Below are positions 8,863-16,078 of a DNA stretch of 64,000 nt, piece after piece (within the stretch, counting starts at the first letter, position 1; the number at the start of each line of letters is the position of its first letter). Under the pieces are notes generated by a model that worked only from the letters and a program-made list of their open reading frames with translations, searched no databases and was not told where the DNA came from. Both the position numbers and the translations under genes were made by a program. Where the stretch lies: assembly GCA_031389825.1 (NCBI GenBank), contig JANMSW010000048.1, forward strand, positions 49,197 to 113,196, given 5' to 3'. Source of the stretch: Spartobacteria bacterium (GTDB lineage Bacteria; Verrucomicrobiota; Verrucomicrobiia; Chthoniobacterales; Chthoniobacteraceae).

Positions 8863-9135
8863 ATGAAGAACGTGCGCAACCTAGTCGGCCCGCAGATCCG
8901 GCGGGTGCGCACGTTGCAGGCGCTCACTCAAGACGATCTTGCGGCAAAGCTTCAGCGTTGTGGCTGGGACGTGAGCCGAGTCTCGGTGGCCAAGATCGAG
9001 GCTCAGCTCCGCTGGGTTGCTGACTGCGAGCTTTATCTGCTCGCCCACGTCCTTGGTGTTTCGATCCAGGAGCTCTTTCCGCCCCTCAAGGAGGTGCGGA
9101 GCTTCCTGGGCTCGCCCGGGTCGAAGCGCAACTGA
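8863..9135 (+). CDS. XRE-family helix-turn-helix transcriptional regulator
   Basis: IRRVRTLQALTQDDLAAKL...VSVAKIE is a classic Cro/C1-type HTH. It is the only plus-strand gene inside the island. Confidence 0.75.
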   Translation: MKNVRNLVGPQIRRVRTLQALTQDDLAAKLQRCGWDVSRVSVAKIEAQLRWVADCELYLLAHVLGVSIQELFPPLKEVRSFLGSPGSKRN

Positions 9136-9195
9136 GTTGCGCCTCGACGATAAGGCACGGGTGAATCCGTGCATCCTGCAAGGTGGGCCAGATGC

Positions 9196-9642
9196 TCAGA
9201 TCAATCCCGCTTCCCGGAAAGAGAAGTGAGATTCGCCCACGATCACATGGTCAAGCATCTGGATCTGCAGGAGCTTGGCCCCTTCGTTGATCTTTGAGGT
9301 CAATCGCCTGTCGCACTCACTGGGAGCCGTGTCACCCGAGGGATGATTGTGGACCAGAATGAAGGCGTAGGCGGCGAGCGCGATTAACGGCCGGAAGATC
9401 TCCCGGGGATGCGCAATGGATTCGTTGAGGGATCCGATGCTCACCAAGTTGACGCCTTTGATGTGGTACTTGGTGTTAAGCCCGAAGACATGAAGGTGCT
9501 CCTTCTCCTGATCGTACTGAGGGCTGTTGCTGATATGCTGCCGGTAGTAGGTGGCGACAAGCTCGGGTGTATCCAGCCGCACTCGTGGGAGCGGTTCTCC
9601 GACGCGCACCACCTGAATGTAGGAGGAGTAGTTTCCTCGCAT
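9196..9642 (-). CDS. RadC-like JAB metalloprotease domain protein
   Basis: HPREIF...ILVHNHPSGDTAPSECD...LDHVIV is the RadC/JAB signature. Start at MRGNYSS (ATG 9642). Confidence 0.85.
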   Translation of the reverse strand: MRGNYSSYIQVVRVGEPLPRVRLDTPELVATYYRQHISNSPQYDQEKEHLHVFGLNTKYHIKGVNLVSIGSLNESIAHPREIFRPLIALAAYAFILVHNHPSGDTAPSECDRRLTSKINEGAKLLQIQMLDHVIVGESHFSFREAGLI

Positions 9643-9897
9643 GAGCTGCTCCTTTCTGGGGTTTTGCTCCTCCACGCTGAGGAGCGCTGTTCGATGGAGG
9701 CAAAGGAATGAGCCGGATACATCCAATGAGTAAGGTGTATCCGGCTCGGTGTTTCCGTCGCAAAAATGGAAGGCTAGGGGCTGCGGTGGTCCGAATCCGG
9801 AGCGCACCTGATTCCCTTACCCTTGTTCGGGTCCACCCGAAGAAGTTGGGCACCCGGACGAGAAATCGCTGTCCGGGCTGCCGCCTGACCAATCTGC

Positions 9898-11412
9898 CTA
9901 GAGCTTCACGTTCTGCAGGCTGCGCAACGTGGTGCGCACCGACTGGAACTCGCGTTCCGTGGTCCGCTGCTCCCGCTGGAGGAGCTTGAGTTTGCTGCCA
10001 AGATCCTTCAGTCCGGTGAGCCCGTCCTGAAGGAAGTCTTTCAGCGAGTCGATGAGTTCGAGTGCTTCATCGAGCTTCGCTCCTTTCTGCGATGGGGGAG
10101 TCGTACTGTGGTCGGTTGACCCAGTAGCTGCTGGTTCGTCCTTCATTGATGAGTCTAGGATGTGTGTTGCGTCCGCCGTGTGGGCGGTCGCAATGGGTTG
10201 TTGGTTTTCCTGAGCGGGGCCGTGCTCATCGGAGCTCGGCTCGGTGGGTTCTGAGCCTGCGGTGCTGGGGGCTGACGGTGGGGGCACCTCGGCCCGGACC
10301 GGCATGACGATCATCCGCCTGCCTCCGCTGCTGAAGACGAGTGGTGACATGGCATCGATGAGATCCACGGCAGCGAGACCGAACTTCAGGGCTTTGGTCA
10401 GGATCTCGCGGTTCAGGAACGTGATTAATGGGCCGCCGATTACGTCGATCGCGGGCACCTCCACTTTGGTCCAGTACTCGGCAGTTTGAGATTTGCCGAG
10501 CAGCCGTACCTTCCCGCCCTCTACTTCGATGCCAATCGAGGCATTCACCGAATCATGACTGGGCATGCGCTGGATGGTCTGCAGGACCTGTTCGATGGCT
10601 TCCGCCTGGAGGTCGAAATGGATCTTCATTTCATCGCCGCGTGGGATCACTTGCCGCCAGTTGGGATAATTCCCGTCAATCTCCCGAGTGATAAACCGCC
10701 AGCGGCGCGTGCTGATCTGGATGTCCGCAGCCTGGGCGTAGTTTAGTCTCGCGGTCTTTAGCTGCCATTCACCGTCCTGGTTGAACTCCTTCCACTTCAG
10801 AAAGCGGTGGCTTCGCAGGATTAGCGATTTTTGGAGCGCAACCGAGAACGAGTTGCTGCTATAGAGGTGGCGACCGTCAGTGCCGACGACGTGGTGATAT
10901 TTCTCGTCACTGACGTCGAGGTATGCGCCGTTGAGCACGTAGCGGGTTTCATCGGTGCTTGAACAGTCGATTGCCTGGTGAAGTGACAGCCTGAGGGCTT
11001 CCGGTAGTGGGATGGCCTCCCCTTTGATCCGGGGGATGAGAGGGAACTCCTCGGGCTTCCCGGTTTCGATCTTCTGCTCGGCGAACTGATGACCGATGGC
11101 ATGCCGGATCGAGACGGTCGTGTCGTCGAGGCGTTCGACGAGGATCTGCTCATCTTTTCCACACGACTTCACGGTCTTCGCCAATGCATCGTACGGGACC
11201 AGCAGAACTTCGGGTGTCCCGTTGGTCGGTTGCTCCAGTCGCACCGTAGCGAAGGTATCGAGATCCGTGACGGTGAGGGTGATCCAACCATCGGTAGTAC
11301 GCTCGACCTTGATGGTACTGAGCACGGGGAGGCTGGATTGTTTGTTGAGGACTTTTCCGAGTCCAACGAGTGCGGGTTTTAGTTCCGCGACGGGTAGAGC
11401 GATAGAGTTCAT
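9898..11412 (-). CDS. DNA polymerase III beta sliding-clamp homolog with ~130-aa C-terminal extension
   Basis: N-terminus LKPALVGLGKVLNKQSSLPVLSTIKVE...LTVTDLDTF resembles DnaN. A clamp-length body is followed by a low-complexity Pro/Ser/Thr segment and a helical tail. Confidence 0.7.
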   Translation of the reverse strand: MNSIALPVAELKPALVGLGKVLNKQSSLPVLSTIKVERTTDGWITLTVTDLDTFATVRLEQPTNGTPEVLLVPYDALAKTVKSCGKDEQILVERLDDTTVSIRHAIGHQFAEQKIETGKPEEFPLIPRIKGEAIPLPEALRLSLHQAIDCSSTDETRYVLNGAYLDVSDEKYHHVVGTDGRHLYSSNSFSVALQKSLILRSHRFLKWKEFNQDGEWQLKTARLNYAQAADIQISTRRWRFITREIDGNYPNWRQVIPRGDEMKIHFDLQAEAIEQVLQTIQRMPSHDSVNASIGIEVEGGKVRLLGKSQTAEYWTKVEVPAIDVIGGPLITFLNREILTKALKFGLAAVDLIDAMSPLVFSSGGRRMIVMPVRAEVPPPSAPSTAGSEPTEPSSDEHGPAQENQQPIATAHTADATHILDSSMKDEPAATGSTDHSTTPPSQKGAKLDEALELIDSLKDFLQDGLTGLKDLGSKLKLLQREQRTTEREFQSVRTTLRSLQNVKL

Positions 11413-11451
11413 GGTTGTTTCTCCTTTTCTTGGGTTGGGTGAAGAAACGAG

Positions 11452-11487
11452 ACAGCCCGCAGATCCAATGAAGGACGTGCGGGCTGT
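11452..11487 (-). terminator. hairpin, possible terminator upstream of the clamp gene
   Basis: 10-bp stem ACAGCCCGCA/TGCGGGCTGT with a 16-nt loop. The minus-strand reading is followed by a T-rich tract. Confidence 0.35.
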
Positions 11488-11526
11488 TCGTCTCGAGGTT
11501 TGACTGCGGGGAGGGTGTTTCCCCAG

Positions 11527-11769
11527 CTATTCTGTGGTGGCGTAACTGCGTCCGAGGTGGTCGAAGTAGCGACCTGTGTCGCAAAGGGTACAGGGTTCTT
11601 TTGGGAAACGGGCTTTCACCTGTTTCTGGTACTCCAATGCCTTCTGCTTGTTGCCGAAGCTGCGGTCGAAGAGCCCTGCTTCCGCGGCGGTCTCGGGAGG
11701 CATGACGCACCACCTGAACTCATTGCGGTAGCGCCGCGGTGGTTCCGGCGCGGGTCCAATCGCTGTCAT
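11527..11769 (-). CDS. hypothetical 80-aa protein coupled to the ligase gene
   Basis: ATG at 11769 overlaps the ligase stop as ATGA. No family recognised. Confidence 0.4.
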   Translation of the reverse strand: MTAIGPAPEPPRRYRNEFRWCVMPPETAAEAGLFDRSFGNKQKALEYQKQVKARFPKEPCTLCDTGRYFDHLGRSYATTE

Positions 11770-12821
11770 GCTGCCTTGTACTTGAGCTGCCCCGTGGTGC
11801 ATTCCTCGGCGGCAATGTCATCTCGCACGCCCAGGTAGACCGGCTGGTAGATGGAGCCGCTCTCCGGAAACGCGTAGAGGAAGCGGACCTCCACAACTTG
11901 CCCCGCTTGGGGGAGCTCATGGTTCGGAGGAATGGTGACGTTTCCGGCGTTCACCGCCTTGTCACCCGTGAAGAGAGCCAGTGAGACGCTGCGCTTGGCA
12001 TTTACTTTGGTCACGATGAACGAGGCAGTCTCGCAGAACTTGTACTTAAGCTGCGAACCACCGGTATTGGGTCTGCCTGCGGTGTACAGAGCCTTGGCCC
12101 CCTTGAGCACCACTCCTTCAGCGCTCCGAGCTTTCAGCTGGTCGAAGATCTCCCGCTTTTCCTCTGGTGTGCAGGCGGTGAGTACGCGCCTGATCGATGG
12201 ATGCTCGAAGTCTGAGAGCAGCTTGTACAAACGCCCGGAGCGTCGGTGAAACCATTCTCCCCGCAGATCCTTTCCATTAACGGCCAACAGATCGAAAGCG
12301 TGGAAGATCTCTCCAATGACCTCGCCGTCCATCAGGAAGTCTTCAGCGCAACGTAGCGCGTCATCCACCAATGGCTGTGGAAGCGCAACGGTGAGGCCGA
12401 GCCGGTTAATCCCGGTGATCACTGGACCTTCCTTGCGGATGAGCAGTCGTTTGCCGTCGAACTTCTCCTGCATCCAAAAATCTGGATCGTTGATGAGCTG
12501 TTCGACTTGAGCTTCCTCCACAGGATTAAGCAGCTGACAGTGAATGCCGGCGTTTTGGCTCTCCTTGTCTGTGTGCTGGTAGGGAGTGCCATCCTCGCCT
12601 GGCGTGTAACCTTTGGCCTGCTTCTCCTGGATAAGCTTATCGAAAATCGCCTTCGCTTTCTCCAGATCTACTGGTGTCTGGGTCTTGCTGCCGGTGGACA
12701 GGGTGCTGCCTCTGCGGCCATACGCATAAACGACGACGTAGCCGTTCCCTTGTGGCTCGATGCGGGCTTGGTAAACTTTGTCTGAGGCTCCCTGCCGGTA
12801 GTAGAGGGTCGTGTTGTTCAT
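11766..12821 (-). CDS. WGR domain fused to ATP-dependent DNA ligase
   Basis: N-terminal WGR-like LYYRQGASDKVYQARIEPQGNGYVVVYAYGRRGS. Ligase motif I EKFDGKR, then FLMDGEVIG, FHAFDLL and EGVVLKG. Confidence 0.85.
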   Translation of the reverse strand: MNNTTLYYRQGASDKVYQARIEPQGNGYVVVYAYGRRGSTLSTGSKTQTPVDLEKAKAIFDKLIQEKQAKGYTPGEDGTPYQHTDKESQNAGIHCQLLNPVEEAQVEQLINDPDFWMQEKFDGKRLLIRKEGPVITGINRLGLTVALPQPLVDDALRCAEDFLMDGEVIGEIFHAFDLLAVNGKDLRGEWFHRRSGRLYKLLSDFEHPSIRRVLTACTPEEKREIFDQLKARSAEGVVLKGAKALYTAGRPNTGGSQLKYKFCETASFIVTKVNAKRSVSLALFTGDKAVNAGNVTIPPNHELPQAGQVVEVRFLYAFPESGSIYQPVYLGVRDDIAAEECTTGQLKYKAA

Positions 12822-12869
12822 GTGAGTTCCTTTTGGGTTGAGATTGAAGGCTCGTGTTGAGCTGGTGGG

Positions 12870-13283
12870 TTATCGGCGGAATCTGCCGCGGAAGTGAGCC
12901 ACCACGATGGTGATCACGTAGAACGCCACGAGCGCGGCGATCGTGAAGACGATGAGTCGCCCGGCGATGGTGACCAGGAAGGCCAGCCAGGTTGCAATCT
13001 GCCAAAGCAGCACGGTCACGAGCGGCACCACAAGCACGCTGGGAATGAGCAGAACCGACCAGATTTTGCCGTTCAACTTGCACCATTCCCGCAGTGTCCC
13101 ATTGGGCGAAAGCCACCACTCCAGTGACAGCAGGGTGTAGCGAAACACCTCCGCCGCTCTCTGAAGCCCGCTGAGTTGTGCCAGGTCCGGGTCCACGGTC
13201 GGTGACGTAAGAGGCTTTCGTTTCCAGTGCCGCTGCCACAGCTGCCTGTGCCATCCGCAAGTGTCCCTCTGCGGATCATTCAT
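12870..13283 (-). CDS. membrane protein (three predicted TM helices at the C-terminus)
   Basis: Hydrophobic runs SVLLIPSVLVVPLVTVLLW, IATWLAFLVTIAG and IVFTIAALVAFYVITIVVA. Start uncertain (13283 or 13313 or 13349). Confidence 0.45.
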   Translation of the reverse strand: MNDPQRDTCGWHRQLWQRHWKRKPLTSPTVDPDLAQLSGLQRAAEVFRYTLLSLEWWLSPNGTLREWCKLNGKIWSVLLIPSVLVVPLVTVLLWQIATWLAFLVTIAGRLIVFTIAALVAFYVITIVVAHFRGRFRR

Positions 13284-13557
13284 GGGGCGAGGAGGCTTGG
13301 GTGCGCCGTGCATGAGCTCGGCGGGTGTGTGAGCCAAGGATGGTCCCAACGATCAGCAGGCTGACGCAGCCAATGGCGAGCGCACTGGCTCTGAGCTGCC
13401 AGATCTCGGCGTTTTGCCGCTCCTTTTCGAGCTGCTCTTTGGCTTCGATAAGCAGCTTCTCCTCTTTGTTGTCGAACCAGCCGGCATTCACCGGCCCTGC
13501 GGTAAGGAGAAAGAGGAGAATGAGCAGGAGGATTCTTCTTTGATGTTCTTTGTTCAT
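13276..13557 (-). CDS. small signal-peptide / TM protein
   Basis: N-terminal ILLLILLFLLTAGPVNA, a coiled segment, and a second TM ALAIGCVSLLIVGTILG. Confidence 0.5.
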   Translation of the reverse strand: MNKEHQRRILLLILLFLLTAGPVNAGWFDNKEEKLLIEAKEQLEKERQNAEIWQLRASALAIGCVSLLIVGTILGSHTRRAHARRTQASSPHE

Positions 13558-13586
13558 GGTATGGGTCAGGGGTTGAGATGAAGAAA

Positions 13587-13622
13587 GGGCCGGACTCCAT
13601 CCTGCGGGATGAAGACCGGCCC
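13587..13622 (-). terminator. hairpin, possible terminator after the nuclease gene
   Basis: GGGCCGG...CATCC TGCG GGATG...CCGGCCC forms a nested stem. The minus-strand reading is followed by TTTCTTCATC. Confidence 0.4.
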
Positions 13623-13685
13623 TACTTTTGCATTTGGTTCGCCCACCGGGGGCGGGAATCCCCGGTCAATCCGGGGACCTATGGG

Positions 13686-14522
13686 TCACGGCCAGCGGCG
13701 GCACTCGTTGAAGTACTCGCAGCTTGAGCACTGCATTCCTGGACTGGGAATCCAGTCGCGTTGCTCCAGTCCATGGAGGTAGCTCTCCATGGAGCGGAAG
13801 AGCCGGGTCTGCTGCTGCTCGCTCATCGGCTCCAGTGCCGTGATGATTAATCTCGGGTTCTTGGTCTTCACCAGGTGATGCAGCTCGATGCCTAGCTCCC
13901 GGGTGCCAGTGGCGGCGCGGTACAGCACTGCGTAGCTACTGGTCTGGACCTCGGTCGTGTGAGCGACCTTCTCCGGATTGGGCGTCTGGGAACTACTCTT
14001 GAAGTCAATGATCCGGCCCTGCTGGACCAGATCAATGACTCCAACCAGTGTCGGCAGCCCGTGTTCCGACAAGTCAGCCTCCACAGGGACTTCCACCGCG
14101 TCGGGCTTTACCTCCGCCGGAATGTTGGATTCACGGAAGTAGGTCTCCAGCAGCCGCCAGCCGACCGCTTTCTGCTGTGCTTCGTCTCCGGGCTCCCAGT
14201 CGATTGGCTCCTTGCCGTCTGCGTCCCAGACAAGCCCGTACACGGTATGGAGCTGTTTTAGACTGAGGAGCTGATCCTTCCAACGCGACTTGTTCCAGAG
14301 CTTGAGCACCTCATGGAGGCAGCTCCCGACGTGGAGGGCTGGCGTGCGGGGTTTCTCCACTTCGCAAACGTACCGGAAGTAGAACTTCAACCGGCATCTC
14401 AGGAATGTGCTCAGCCGTGAGGCGGAGACTATTTGCTGAAGGCCATGGATCAGCTCCGGCTCGGTGCGCTGTCTGGTTGCGAGTTCGCGGGGTGGGGAAG
14501 CAGCTTCGGAGAGCGCGATCAT
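13686..14522 (-). CDS. PD-(D/E)XK nuclease, Cas4/AddB-like with Fe-S cysteines
   Basis: N-terminal Cys in FLRCRLKFYF plus C-terminal CSSCEYFNEC (Cx2Cx5C). Nuclease core VGVIDLV...GRIIDFKSS. Confidence 0.75.
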   Translation of the reverse strand: MIALSEAASPPRELATRQRTEPELIHGLQQIVSASRLSTFLRCRLKFYFRYVCEVEKPRTPALHVGSCLHEVLKLWNKSRWKDQLLSLKQLHTVYGLVWDADGKEPIDWEPGDEAQQKAVGWRLLETYFRESNIPAEVKPDAVEVPVEADLSEHGLPTLVGVIDLVQQGRIIDFKSSSQTPNPEKVAHTTEVQTSSYAVLYRAATGTRELGIELHHLVKTKNPRLIITALEPMSEQQQTRLFRSMESYLHGLEQRDWIPSPGMQCSSCEYFNECRRWP

Positions 14523-15076
14523 GACCGTGCGGGTGGATTGCGCCAGCGACTCCCTCTGCTGTTGCTCTGCTTTCCCACTTTCTCCAGCAACTCTTCAATT
14601 AGCTGTGAGGCCTGCATTTTGTTGCATTCCTTCACGCCGACGCGAAAGAGCTGCTGCGCCATCGCCTCAATCTCGGCTTTATCGAGCTGGTGCTCGTTGA
14701 CCACGCGGAGGATTAGACCGCGTTGGCCGTCGGTGCAGTTCCACTGGCCGTCCAGCCGCTGAGTGCGATGGCCGTTCGTGCCGTTAGTACCATGAGTGCC
14801 GTTCGCTCGCGTGCTGGTACCATTGTTGACGTGGGCACCGTTCCTGGGCGCGAGGCCATTACTGTCGCCGATCCCATAGGTGGTGTCGGGCATGAATCCC
14901 ACCTTCTGGATCTCGGCATCAACTGAGGTTTGCAACAGAGTGTAGAGCCTGCTCGATTCCGCTGCGACCTGACTCAGGTCGCTGACTTCGACTTGAACGG
15001 AGACGGAGCAGCAGTGGGAAGAGAACTGGGGAAGACCCAGCTTTTTGGTGTAATTGATGGATAAGGTGACTGCCAT
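14519..15076 (-). CDS. hypothetical protein with Asn/Gly/Thr-rich linker
   Basis: Start at MAVTLSINY (ATG 15076). Its stop overlaps the nuclease start by 4 nt. Central NGTSTRANGTHGTNGTNG low-complexity tract. Confidence 0.5.
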   Translation of the reverse strand: MAVTLSINYTKKLGLPQFSSHCCSVSVQVEVSDLSQVAAESSRLYTLLQTSVDAEIQKVGFMPDTTYGIGDSNGLAPRNGAHVNNGTSTRANGTHGTNGTNGHRTQRLDGQWNCTDGQRGLILRVVNEHQLDKAEIEAMAQQLFRVGVKECNKMQASQLIEELLEKVGKQSNSRGSRWRNPPARS

Positions 15077-15840
15077 GGTAAGGTTCGCGTTTTGCGTTGT
15101 GGGATGTGGAAACGAAAAAGCCCGACCGGGAAGGGTTGGGCGTTCAGGTGCTGGTTGTAGGATCAGAGTGCTCCGGGCTAGCCGTTGGAGGAGAGTTCCG
15201 CCGGACAACTACTCGGCGGCTCACCATTGTTGGCGTTCTAGAGGCAGCGGCCCGGGGTTGGGCGCATGATTGCGGCCAGTTGAAGGCGCCTTTGGTCACG
15301 GCATGTGACGAAGGAAGGAGACGGCTACCGACTGGCAGCTAAGCCTTCCCTATAAGATTATGGTCGGAATCAGCCCGAAAGAAGACAGCGAGACGTGCCT
15401 TTCGCTCCAAAGTTCCGCCTGACTGACGGGGTAGACGACCATGAGGCGGTCGGGTTCCGCCGTGCTCCTCCTGACTACACAGCGAGGGTACCCGATCGAT
15501 AGGATTAACGGGAGGATACTAGCGACGCTGCCGTGGCCGCGCATCGCTCTCAATCGCTCGCCTTCGAAATCAGGGAGTTATCACAATCCCTGACGCAGGT
15601 CGCAAATCTCAACCCTTACGTTCAGAAAGGTTTACGCTTATAAAGCAAGAGACATCAACCTCATCCGTCCGCCGCACGAGCGGGAAGTTTCACGAACGAG
15701 AGCTCTCGCTCAATGGAGTGCTGAACAGCAAGTGGGGGTGAGGTGACGGTTTGTCACCGTTCTGTCACCAAAGAAACGGGAAGCAAACGTCAGGAAGAGC
15801 TGGAACGCTGTATATGAGCCACTCTTCAGCCTTCGAAGAA

Positions 15841-15917
15841 TGGCGGAGCCTACGGGACTCGAACCCGCAACCTCTGCCGTGACAGGGCAGCGCTCTGACC
15901 AATTGAGCTAAGGCTCC
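15841..15917 (-). tRNA. tRNA-Asp (anticodon GTC)
   Basis: The reverse complement folds as a cloverleaf: acceptor GGAGCCT/AGGCTCC, D arm GCTC..GAGC, anticodon stem CTGCC/GGCAG with loop CTGTCAC, T arm GCGGG TTCGAGT CCCGT. Discriminator G and encoded CCA. Confidence 0.95.
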
Positions 15918-16078
15918 TTTTCAGGAGGCGCGAACCATAGGCCCCGTGATTCCGCCTCGCAATAAATTTCTCCCGTAAAAGTGAACGCGTTTCGCGGTTC
16001 GATTCTCACCTGCTCGAAGCTGCATCGTAGACTCTTTGGCGCTCGTATTGCAGACCGTATGTACGTGCACTAGAGCTA

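Noticed and set aside
14760-14900. Short GCCGTT-type nucleotide periodicity inside ORF 14519-15076, considered as a tandem repeat element.
   Set aside because: It simply encodes the Asn/Gly/Thr-rich linker (NGT/NGA repeats). It is imperfect and in-frame, so it is better described as low-complexity coding sequence.
15209-15840. Looked for an integrase gene or a known ncRNA (tmRNA, RNase P RNA) in the 630-bp gap between the island and tRNA-Asp. The only ORF is 67 aa (15350-15553). A GGTGAC..GTCACC hairpin lies at about 15743.
   Set aside because: There are no recombinase motifs. The conserved RNase P (GAGGAAAGTCCGGGC, ACAGAACCCGGCTTA) and tmRNA (tRNA-like ends) signatures are absent on both strands. 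The small ORF has no recognisable features.
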